Of a stretch of DNA of 64,000 nucleotides, positions 1 through 10,443 are shown piece after piece. The position numbers and the translations under genes are program-made. The stretch's first letter is position 1. The number at the start of each line of letters is the position of its first letter. The notes under the pieces are model-generated. The model saw nothing but the letters and a program-made list of their open reading frames with translations, had not been told where the DNA came from and ran no database searches. This DNA comes from Squalus acanthias. Taxonomy: Eukaryota. The stretch covers positions 124,001 to 188,000 of the forward strand of contig JASTWF010000355.1 in the NCBI GenBank assembly GCA_030390025.1. Direction: 5' to 3'.

Positions 1-632
1 GGTTGGGCCTAGGCCACTGCCCTGAGGAACTCCTGCAGCGATGACCTGGGGCTGTGATGATTGACTTTCAAACACCACAACCATCTTCCTTTGTGCTAGG
101 TATGACTCCAGTCAATGGAGCATTTTCCCCCCGATTCCCATTGAGTTCAATTTTACTAGGCTCCTTGATGTCACACTTGGTCAAATGCTGCCTTGATGTC
201 AAGGGCAGTTACTCTCAGCTCACCTCTGGAATTCAGCTCCTTTGTCCATATTTGGACCAAGGCTGTAATGAGGTTGGGAGCTGAGTGGTCTTTGCGGAAC
301 CCAAACTGGGCATCAATGAGCAGGTTTTTGGTGAGTAAGTGCACTTGATAGCACTGTCAATGACACCTTCCATCACTTTGCTGATGACTGAGAGTAGACA
401 GATGGGGCATTAATTGGCCGGGTTAGATTTGTCCTGCTTTTTGTGGACATGACATACCTGGGCAGTTTTCCACATTGTGGGATAGATGCCAGTGTTGTAG
501 CTGTACTGGAACAGCTTGGCTAGAGGCTTGGCTAGTTCTGGAGCACAAGTCTTCAGCACGATAGCCGGGATGTTGTCGGGGCCCATAGCATTTGCTGTAT
601 CCAGTGTGCTCAGCCGTTTCTTGATTTCACGA
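1..632 (-). mobile_element. Non-LTR retrotransposon RT fragment (CR1/L2-group, 'LINE family A'; same family as 23560-27775 and 62084-63858)
   Basis: ORF 410..676 encodes GPDNIPAIVLKTCAPELAKPLAKLFQYSYNTGIYP..WK, a pre-RT LINE motif. It is near-identical in reverse to 23570-23800 and runs off the window start through VPQGS-encoding sequence. Confidence 0.9.
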
Positions 633-741
633 CATTTGAACGAGTCAGACACATGCTCAGTTATCGACAACTGCACAACATGAAATGGCTAATGCGCCTC
701 AGTAGAGTGAGACAAATTCTAATTTTAAAAATTAATTCACG

Positions 742-940
742 GATTGTGGTTGACTCTTAAATTCCCTCTGACATGGCCTAGCAATTCAATCCGATTTCAA
801 GAAGAGTTGCTCAAGGTCTGGAGTCACATATAGGCCAGACCGGTTAAGAACAGCCTATTTACTTCCCTAAAGAACATTAGTGAACCAGATGGTTCTTTAC
901 GACAATCTGGTAGTTTCATGGTCACCATTATTGATACTAA
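742..940. mobile_element. Rearranged fragments of the tRNA-derived SINE body (742-787 on +, ~815-940 on -)
   Basis: Matches 6540-6700 (gtcgtaaa...ggttcactaatg...gggaag...tatatgtgactccagacc) in reverse, plus a forward tgtggttgactcttaa...tggcctagcaa piece. Confidence 0.7.
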
Positions 941-1442
941 CCAGGACTCATTCTCCATAGAGAAACCAACTTTGAAATAATCAGAATAGAGTTAAACACG
1001 TTACTTACAATTATAAGTAAAGCGAATGCTGATCAAATTAATATTTCCTTACAGCTGTAATGGTCGTCAATTGTAAGACCTCCACTAAGTACTGAACAAA
1101 GAAAGCTTATAGGGAGATTAAATAAGGAAAAAATATCACGGAGGCCGAGGCCTGTCACTCTGGACAAGGGTGGGGGGCATGGTTGTATGCAAATCAGCTA
1201 CAAGCGAAAGGTGGGAGAAACACTAAATTGGTCAAGGAATTAATAGGGTTCTGTTAAAGAGTTAGTATCACACTTGGGCAAAAAGTGATTCAAGAACAGT
1301 GTAAAAGACTTCATATAAACTTAAAAGGTAATGACAGCCGGTTATAATTTAAATTATGAAATGTCTTATGTTGATAAGTAATGTTAACTATTGGTTTGCC
1401 AGTTACAAACGCTGATGGTGATCTTCATCACACTAAAATATA

Positions 1443-1829
1443 CGAGAAGTCGCACAACACCAGGTTATAGTCCAACAGCTTTATTTGAAATCACAAGCTT
1501 TCGGCGCGCTGCTCCTACGTCAGGTGAAGTGAAGAGATGCATATAAGCACAGCATATATAGTCAGAGAACACCATCCTCACCTTTGATTGCCCTGATTAT
1601 CTCTCTGCCGAGGTGTGATAAAGGGCAGTTGGAAAGATTAACTGTAATCATCTGGCTGTGTTCTCTGACTATATATGCTGTGCCTATACGCATCTCTTCA
1701 CTTCACCTGATGAAGGAGCAGCGCGCCGAAAACTTGCGATTTCAAATAAAGCTGTTGGACTATAACCTGGTGTTGTGCGACTTCTCACATTTGTCCACCA
1801 CAGTCCAACACCGGCTTCTCCACATCATG
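1443..1829 (+). mobile_element. 5'-truncated Penelope-like element end with inverted pseudo-LTR copy
   Basis: Inverted repeat 1444-1571 vs ~1658-1786; 11-bp TSD ACTAAAATATA at 1432-1442 and 1830-1840; same sequence as 57741-57990, which lies next to a GIY-YIG ORF. Confidence 0.85.
1704..1738 (+). ncRNA. Minimal type I hammerhead ribozyme core (Penelope-associated, slightly degenerate)
   Basis: CTGATGA (1707-1713), stem II ggagc-agc-gcgcc, GAAA (1728-1731). Confidence 0.6.
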
Positions 1830-3493
1830 ACTAAAATATATGTGGGGCGAAAAAAAAGAAATCCCACCTCGCAAATAAAACTCTACCTGTCCGATCCAGG
1901 TAAAGGACCGAAATGGTAATGGACTACAAGAAATTGAATCATGAAATGTATTAAATAACGTTGTGCGCTTTGAAATTGTTAATTGAAATCGAAAGTGTTA
2001 AACAAGAGCTTGAATCTGTCAAATACATTATGTGAAGGGAGATATTGACAATTAATAGACAAGATGGTAGGTGAATTATTAAATGGATGTGTCAGTAAAG
2101 AATAGAAAACAGGAACCAAGGGCTGAGTAAGATAGGGAACAGAAGGAGAATCAGTTTAAATCACAAAGAAAGCGAGAGCTGAGAGGAGATCTGGGAATAG
2201 GAGCCACGGCAAGATCAACAGGAGTAAACAGAATAGATATAGAAAGTATGTGGGAACACGATGAGGTAATGAAGAGGCGATTAAAAAGATTGTGGGCAAA
2301 CAATGAGGCTGACCAGAATCAGGCCTTGCTAGAGGTATCGTGTGTAGCCTCTGTGTGACATGCGTGATGAACGTGGTACAGAAGGGACTGGACAACATAG
2401 AGTTTCGTCAAATCCCTTTGTTTATTCATGAGAACAACGGAGAAAATGGTTTAAAGGAACAACGGCATAGACTATGATGTCATACGGCAAATGGGAATGA
2501 TGTTTTTGTCCCCTCGGATGGGGAAATAAATGAAGATATTATGCCAGTGCGATTGGTCTTGCCTTTGTTAAGGAAAAATGGAAATGAAACAATATCTTGG
2601 ACGATGTATAGGGTAGAATCGATTGGAATGGTGGAAGACTCGGAGTTAGGTCCGATCCATAAACAATATGAGGAATATCCAAGATATCTGATTAAGAAGG
2701 GAGGCAGTTGGATCACACCATATATGCAATGTTGTACTCTGAAAGGGACTGCATGTGTTTGTAGATGTGACGTAGTCCATCTGCATACATTTCCACCTTA
2801 TGGGTTCACCCTCGACAAAGAATCACCAAAATGCCAGATTGGAATAAGTAAATGGGGCGAAGATCAAACTAAAATGTGTATAAAGGAAAATGATTATATT
2901 GTGTGACTACTACGGCCACTTATATGACAGTGGGTTCGAGCAAATAACCCAAACTAGAACATCAGTTTTGTTTGATTCCAACCAGAAATACGCATATCGG
3001 TGCTAAAATGTTGGTGCCGAGACATCGTTATAAAGTTAGTAATCTACAGGTGTAACTGCCTCTGGAGGATGACGCCATTCGAGGCATTCCTCAAATGGGA
3101 CACTACATACCTCCCCTGTCTCTGGCTTTAAAGGCCATAATTGAATGAACTAGGATATCCCAGAAACACATCGTGCAAATGATACAGACAAATAGAGAGA
3201 CAGAACAGGCAATCCCGAGACATGGGAATCATGAATGGTGGGAAGTAGCATCTAGCTTGGAACTACATCCTTGGGCTAGATTGTTCTACATGGGATTGGT
3301 GATAGCACAGATAAAAGCATTAGGGATTATGGTCATTGCGTTCTGCTGTGTAAGGAAATTGGTAAAGGACATACAAAATAATGAAAGGTAAGGAGATAGC
3401 AAGGGCACTAAGAGGATGCCAGGATTAGTAAAGACAAAGAATGATATAAAACACTTTGCCAAGAGGTAAAGTAACCCATAAAAAAGTGGGACA

Positions 3494-4058
3494 TGTTGGC
3501 ATATCGACACCGGTTAATTCAGCTTTTGAAAGGAACTCGTGTTCAATTAATTTGATAGAGGGAAAAATGCATTTTCTATCATTAGAGAGAGAGAGAGACA
3601 AAGAGACAGAGAGACAGATTTCACTTAGCAACAGCTGATGTTTCGCGACCAACCAGCATTCGATATCCAAAATAGAATGCTAAGATTAGAAATATTATGT
3701 TAGGATAAGGAAAGTCCAGAACGAGTGGTTTATGCTCACCATAGCAAGGCCAGGATGTTTTTCTGTAGGTTATTGATGTAGTCTTGTGTCTCTGGATTAT
3801 ATAGCAGGCAGAGATGTCCATATTAGGCAATGTCTACAGAGGTTTGATAAGAAAACAATGTATAAATGTCAGCTTTTTCATTTGTTTGGGAGCATGACTT
3901 GTAATGCGTGCTCTATCTGTGACTAGACTCTGCTTGTAAACTGCTTTCTATGCTGAAGTTAAAGAATGAAATGATTATAACCAGAAGACTGAATTCGTTA
4001 CTACTCAAGTGAATAAACAGAAGGGAACAGGTTATACCCTTATACTATTCGGCTACCA
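3494..4058 (+). mobile_element. 3' LTR of the env-bearing ERV, preceded by a polypurine tract
   Basis: PPT-like AAAAAGTGGGACA (3481-3493), then TGTTGGC...GGCTACCA imperfect inverted termini; TATAAA at 3861-3866; AATAAA at 4012-4017; internal (GA)n. Confidence 0.7.
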
Positions 4059-4369
4059 TGGGCTGCACAAACTATAACAGTGTTCCGCCAAGCCGAAGCC
4101 ACGCTCGACATATATAAACGACAATCTAATCCTTTTGGCCTCCAACGTTCCACATAAGCATTGTTTATTGTACTGTAATGCGTGGGACAATCTTTATATT
4201 TTATTGTGATGTGTAGTGTCTTAGCAGCTAGTCTCATATGCAAGTATGGCAATCTCTTGATCTGGATGTTTATCGTTTTCTGTCTTTGAGTTTCCAAATT
4301 GTCTTTTCTTCACACAAAATTCAACCTCCCCTTTCCTCCCATTCGACTGCAACATTTACACATCCTTAA

Positions 4370-5740
4370 AACGTTGTAACATTGATAACAACATAATTTG
4401 TAGAATTGTAATATAACTGTAACTGCAAGCATGATGAATTGTAATATTTTAATAACAGCAGGAAGTGGATTGTGATACCGTGATGACTGCAGGCATCAGG
4501 AATGAAAAAATAATAAAAACTACAGAAATATCCTATTGTGATGCATTGATCATGATATACATGGGGAATTGTAATTTATTAAAATCTACAGGTATACCCA
4601 ATTGTAATATTGATCACACAGATATGGGGAATTGTAATATATTAAAACTACAGGTATATCCAAAAGTAATATTTATCACAACGTTGTGGAAAATTGAAAT
4701 ATATTAAAATTACAGGTAAAACCAATTTTAATATTAATCACTACAGACATAGGGAATTGCAATGTATTAAAACAACAGGTTTATCCAATGGTAATATTTA
4801 TCACAAAGATGTGTAAGATTGTAATATATTGGCCCAGAAATTGATCTCGCTCTGTTCCCGCGGGGGTAAGCCTTCCCCGCGATCTCTCACCTCGCTTGTG
4901 CTTTTTCAGATCCAGCTCGCACGAACTTGATGTTCCAGACATCAGCCGGGCAGTGCTTGCGTATCCCACCGGCGTAGTGAATTCGTGCGAGCTGTGGGAT
5001 CACGTGACTCAGTTAGAGCCAATGGCAGCACACCATCTTCCATTCATAAGTTTCACATACGTGCTGTGAAATCTATGAATCTTACACCCCCCCAAAATAA
5101 CAGCTAAACCTCAATTAAATTTAAAAAAAAACCATCACATTAATAAAATAAGTATAGTTAAATAAATTAACCATTTTAAATAAAAAATTAAATTTTTGAA
5201 AGAATGTAAAATCTTTTAAAAAGTTATAAAAATAAACTTACCTGTCTTTAAAGTCTCTAAAAAAGATATACCTGTAAAAAAAAATTCAAAAAAATACTTA
5301 ATTCACTACTTACCTTGTTAAAAGTGGGTCTTACTCGTCCTTTTTACATTTCTAAAATCTTCAGTACTTACCTGCTCGTCCAAAGCATGAAGTGCACAGC
5401 GTGCGCGCAGCCTGTAGCGTGCACGCGATGCACCGAGGAACCGCCCCCTTTTCAAAAGAGCAATTGCCGGTTTTCAGCGCATGCGCAGGGCATGCAGAAA
5501 ACCGGCAATTGCAGAGGGAATACGCGAGAGTACGCAGTGCGTACTCTCGCGCACTTGGAAGAATTTTTGGGCCATTAAAACTACAGGTATACACAATGTA
5601 ATATTGATCACCACAGATACGTGGAATTGTAATATATTAAAACTTCAGGTATATCCAATTGCAATATTGATCACCACAGACATTGGAAATCGTAATAAAC
5701 CAAAACTACAGGTATATCCAATTGTTATATTGATCACCCT
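4370..5740. repeat. Degenerate AT-rich ~62-63 bp tandem repeat split by a MITE
   Basis: Unit ~ttaaaactacaggtatatccaattgtaatattgatcaccacagacatggggaattgtaatata at 4540-4830, resuming at 5574-5740. Confidence 0.8.
4831..5573. mobile_element. Non-autonomous DNA transposon (MITE), PIF/Harbinger (PHIS)-like, copy 1
   Basis: TIRs GGCCCAGAAATT / AATTTTTGGGCC; 3-bp TSD ATT (4828-4830, 5574-5576); AT-rich core; collinear with 32890-33629. Confidence 0.85.
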
Positions 5741-5899
5741 GCTAACAAGGGCCCGGAATGAAAGGCAACAGACAGACTGTGTTTATTTGAGGTGTTTTCG
5801 TGAGTGCGCAAGCCTGGGGAATGGTTTGAAACATTCTGACACATGACGCTGTTGGATCGTTTTACCTTAGCAGGTTACCTGTCCCGGACAAGCCAAGTT

Positions 5900-6120
5900 T
5901 CACTCTCGTCCCTGAAGATCGCAGGTTCAAGACCCACACCAAGGGCTTGAGCACATAACCGGAAATGACTGAGTAAGTGCTGCATTGACGAATGTGTCGT
6001 CTTTCGAATGAAAAACGCAATCCAGGTCCTGTCTGCCTCTATACGTGGAAGGGAAATAATCCACGGCTCTACTGAAGGAAGAGAAGAGGACTCCTCTCAG
6101 TGTCTTGGTCAACATTGAGA
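5900..6120 (+). mobile_element. Degraded tRNA-derived SINE with Deu-domain-like body
   Basis: B-box-like ggttcaagaccc, followed by gtctttcgaatga...aggtcctgtctgcctct...gaagag...gtgtcttggtcaacatt resembling the Deu domain (recognised from memory). Confidence 0.6.
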
Positions 6121-6404
6121 TATCTTAAAAATTTAATACCAGATTATACTCGCTGTAGTTTTCTTTAAGTATCCACGACTTTCTAATTTTCCCCAGCAAC
6201 CCCACAGGTCAGTGTCTGTCCCGGATATTCAGGATCCCGCCTGCCCGACTAGTTCCCAGGTAGACATGTACATGTCCTTGGAGCACAAGGAATGGACTTA
6301 AAATCACTGATCTCAGGTTATACCTGGAGATTTGCGGGGGTTTGGGTGCTGCACAGCCGGGACCACGGAATCGCCTCTCCCGTGTATAATAACGATAACT
6401 GGTT

Positions 6405-6861
6405 CACGGTACCATAGTGGCTATGTTAATGGACTAGTAATCCAGAGACTTATACTAATGATCCGGAGATATGACATCAAATTCCACCACGACACCGGGG
6501 GAATTTAAATTGAGTTAATTAAATATTCTGGAATACACTGTAACTACTAGATTGTCGTAAAAGTCCATTTGGTTCAGTAATGTTCTTCAGGGAAGGAAAT
6601 CTGCCGTCCTAACCTGGTCTGCTATATGTGACTCCAGACCCACAGCAATGTGATTGATTCTCAACTCCCATCTGAAATGGCCTAGCAAGCCACTCAGTTG
6701 TACCAAACTGATACAAAGAAGTAGATTATGGAAGTACCTTCACAACACGGACTGCAGCAGTTTAAGAAGGTGGCTCACCACAACCTTCTCAAGGCCAATT
6801 AGAGATGGACAATAAACGCTGGCCTTGCCAGCGAGGCCCACATCGCAGGAAGGAATAAAAA
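6405..6861 (+). mobile_element. tRNA-derived SINE carrying the 3' tail of LINE family A
   Basis: A-box-like taccatagtgg and degenerate B box. The 3' ~120 bp (ggactgcagcag...aagaaggtggctcacc...caataaacgctggcc) matches the LINE tails at 27660-27760 and 63745-63850. Confidence 0.8.
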
Positions 6862-7027
6862 TGTATTACATGAATTCCAATTAGTTATTGTGTGTATTGA
6901 GTCAGAATGAATGCTCTCGGTGCTCTGCTGATCCAGCTCCCTGCCTCGGCCGAGGGTTCATTTTATTAAACTGAGAGCAGTATTTTTCCCCATACTTTCT
7001 TGATTTATTTCCCTGCTCGTTCAACAC

Positions 7028-7534
7028 TGTAGGGGGTGCTAATGGGGTCAGCCTTCACCTCTGACTCAGTGAGCGGTTCGAATCGCTCCCACGCCACTGG
7101 TTCCTAGATTTTGGACTTATTTAGGGGTTGTGAACAAAAATGCAGTAGACAACAGGTTCTGATGAAATAATTTTGACTTTATTAAAAGAAAAAGGTAACA
7201 AACTTAAAACTTAAACACAGGTTGGAAAACATGCGGTACAGGCGAGGAAGAAAGCCAATATACCAAACAAAAAAAAAACTTATCCCTCCCAAAGATCCCA
7301 CTATATAGCTAGGTTTTGGTTTCAGGAGATCAAGGATAATGCTCACCAAACGAATTGATTTGACAGGGTTTTAGAGTCTTTTGAGTTTCGTAAGGCCCTT
7401 GTTGCTGCGAGATGTCCGATGGTCACTGAGGCAGTCGCTCTGGTTTCTTCTTGTGTGATGGTCTGTTTGTGAAGTTGTTGGCCTTCCCTCCTCCTCCTCC
7501 TCGTGGCTTCTGGTGTCTTTGCTGAAGCAGGGCT

Positions 7535-7573
<39 letters not shown>

Positions 7574-8273
7574 CTGTGCCAGCGTTGTCAGCGAGTCCAA
7601 AGACATTAGGCTCCAATTATACTGTCCTTTTCGCGCCCAAAATGCCCTTACTAAAACGGTTTCGTTTAGATTTCAAATGAACCCTGTTTAGTCCATTGTC
7701 TTAGTTTTGGCGGGCTTGCCAGTTTCGATGGCTTTAACTTGGTATTAAACATGTCCTGATCGCTTTCCGATTTACGCAAGGCCTTTATCTATGCGCCAAA
7801 TCTCGTCCCTTTTGTCCTAGGTATTTTGGCGGGCTTTAAATCTGTCCTGTGGATACCTGGTTGATTGGTTTTTGATGAAATCAATTGGGTTGCTTAATGT
7901 TTTATTGATTCAGGCCCCTGGCATCCTGTGTGGGCCTGGGAATTTCAAAAGAGGTCTTGGATTATTTATATTTCGATGTGTGTGTGAGGCATTTGGGTTT
8001 TGTCTCTTCCTCCTTGATAGGAAGGCAGTGTAAACACATTCCCAGACAGCTTAATTGGGCCCCAATACCCAAAGCTATCGACTGCCTGGCCACGCCCCTC
8101 TGCAGCCTGTCAGTGTCTGTGAAAGGTGTCTTTCCCAACAGTAAGATTCAAAAAGTAATTTTCCTCAGGGTTTTCTTCCCTGATCTTTAAAATGTCCAAA
8201 ACTGAGGGTTTTACCTCAACTCACTTCACTTAGGGTTCTGTTCGAATTTCTGGTGGATTTTGCTAAGCTTACA
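7028..8273 (-). mobile_element. Solo LTR (~1.25 kb)
   Basis: TGTAGG...CTTACA termini; 4-bp TSD ACAC (7024-7027, 8274-8277); minus-strand AATAAA near 7180; internal (GA)n 7535-7572; no coding remnant seen. Confidence 0.75.
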
Positions 8274-9574
8274 ACACTGTCACCTGATTATTGTGGGGAC
8301 CTGCTTTTAACAGGAAATAAAAACACAATGTTTCAGTCCTTTAAAGAGGAACTGGAGTTTCATGAAATGACTTGTCGATTCAAAATTTATAACATTTCTT
8401 ATGTATAAAGAAGGTAATTATCAGATGTTTTGCCATCGAATTCAGTATTTTAGCAGCAATATAAATGGTCACTGTTAGCAGTTACAGATTTAAATGGTTT
8501 AAGACAATCAGATTTGCAGAGGTGATGGAGCCTATTTCTGACAATGTGACTATTTTATTAATAATTTATGTAGATGCGGCACTGCTTAATGTTCTGTACA
8601 GCTGGAACTAATGGTGGATTCAGTAAATCCGCAGTGTCAGGTCAGGTGGTGTAAAAATTCAATATTGGAATCGCAGCTTCATGTTTAGAAAAACTGTCTG
8701 AATGTTCAGGGTTAATGTTCTTCACTAAACTCAGAACATGTGATGTTGGTTTTGTTACTTCCGTTTTTGTTATTTTCGCTGAGTGATTTCCTCTGTTGCC
8801 AGGGTGACAATCTGTCAGATCTCAGTACAAGAGGCCTTTGCTCCTCATTATATCCGAAAGACCGTCAAACATTCAGTGTAAACTCCTGTCTGTCTAGTCA
8901 GCATTCCAGGAGTAGGGACATCTTCTGAATAGTTTTAATGCAATGGCCACAATCTTATAATAAGATTATAAAGCTGTTGTGTAGGAGCAGTAGGTTTTAT
9001 AGATACACATAATTCATAAAACGTCCTCCTCCAACGGTTAAATAATGCTTCTTTTATTGATAAAGACTGTTTCAACCCGGTGTTCACACATGTTCTAACA
9101 TTCCCACATGTCCGCCTGCCCTTCTGGCCTCTTCCTACAGACGCAGTGAAAAGAGATTCCAGTTCATCAGTTTGAGCTTGAGCAATGCCATTGAGATTCA
9201 ACAGTAATTAATTAATTATTGTTTGTAAAGCACACTTCCTGTCAGATTCACATTTACTGTTGGCCCAACTCATCTCCTGTCACAATAATTTCCTGTTACA
9301 ACTCAGACATCACAGTTCGAGTGAAACATTTCACTCGTTCCAAATGGCAGTGGATCTGCGAGTGCCAATTATAACACACACGTTTATTCACCTTACAACT
9401 GTTTGGAGAGAGCCGTTATGTGATAGATAGTTAATATTGGTTCCAGATAATAAACACATGATAGAAATATGACACAGTACAAGAACATAGACAGATAGGA
9501 ACAATTGGATTCCATTCAGGAAATCAATCCTGTTCCGCCAATTTCAAAATGAGAGCAGGGAAAGTAGACTGGCT

Positions 9575-9950
9575 CTGTTGCGCAGGTGCAGTCTCGCTCT
9601 CTTGCTCTCACGCAGGCGCAGTCTCGCTCTCTTGCTCTCACGCAGGCGCAGACTCGCTCTCTTGCTCTCACGCAGGCGCAGTATTGCTCGCTGCCGTTAT
9701 TCCGGGGATTCCCAGTCACGGGTCAGTTTGCCTCTTGTGCCGGGCGGCCCGGGTTGATCGGTGAGGAGCAGGATCGCTCTCCGGGATACAGGAGTATCGC
9801 TGCCGTTAGTGCGGGGATGTGCAGTGGGCGAATTTACTGTGTACCGGGCTGGTGTGTGAGTGACGGTCAGAAACAGGATGGTTGCCCGGGTTACAGGGGC
9901 GGCGCTCTGTGACTGAGGGAACTCGGCTCCATTCAGCTCACGGCCCAGAG
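9575..9950 (+). promoter_or_regulatory. CpG-rich putative promoter and first (non-coding) exon of the NLR gene
   Basis: Three 30-bp repeats containing CGCAGGCGCA (NRF1-like); GGGGATTCCC (NF-kB consensus) at 9704-9713; candidate splice donors GTGAGG at 9761 and GTGAGT at 9856; CpG enrichment relative to the flanks. Confidence 0.55.
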
Positions 9951-9952
9951 TT

Positions 9953-10443
9953 TAGATCACAGCGAGGGTCGGAGGGGCTTCACAGTCTCACACTCCGGTT
10001 AGTAACCGCAGAGAAAATGGCGCATTTCCGTCTACAGCAGTGAAAATGCGGAAGTCTCAATTTTAATGTTTTATCTCACAGTGAGGGAGTTTAAAGTGTA
10101 ACAGAACCGGTTAGTAACTCAGCAGAGAAACGGAGGGGAGATTCCTGTCAGCATAAAATCCCGTGGAATGAACTGAACCGGCTCTCAATACAAGGGCTGG
10201 TCCGGGGGTGGAGGGCGCGGTGGGTTCATCGGCAGTTTGGACAGAAAATGGCGCATTTCCGCCCAGAGCTGTGAAAATGGGGGAAGTCTCAGGCGGCCGA
10301 AAATTTACTGTGAGGAAAACATCAAAACGGACAGCCCCAGAACGGAGGGTTTGGAGAGAGGAGGGAGTTAGAATGAAAATACCAGTGAGATCAGACAGTG
10401 TGTGACCCGATGAGGATGGACCGAGTGAGATCAGCCCAGTGTG
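9953..10443 (+). repeat. ~490-bp segment duplicated downstream (unique part recurs at ~13420-13870)
   Basis: Both copies share ctccggtt..taac..cgcagagaaaatggcgcattt...aacagaaccggtta...cggagggg.agattcctgtcagca...tcaggcggcc...tttggagagagg. Confidence 0.9.

Larger units (their letters stand above)
1391..3391 (+). pseudogene. env: Decayed endogenous retrovirus envelope gene (class I fusion type; lokiretrovirus/foamy-like), interrupted by a Penelope insertion
   Basis: Hand translation of 2161-2244 gives SQRKR|ELRGDLGIGATARSTGVNRIDIE (furin-like site plus fusion-peptide-like motif). ORF 2541..2906 is a Cys-rich ectodomain (YRVESIG...CCTLKGTACVCRCDVV). ORF 3173..3391 has HEWWE followed by a hydrophobic TM helix and short basic tail. 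A PPT and LTR follow directly. Multiple stops and frameshifts. Confidence 0.65.

Noticed and set aside
960..1390. Possible integrase C-terminus upstream of env (W..WLYANQLQ)
   Set aside because: Only a faint motif in heavily decayed sequence; cannot be supported without a profile search.
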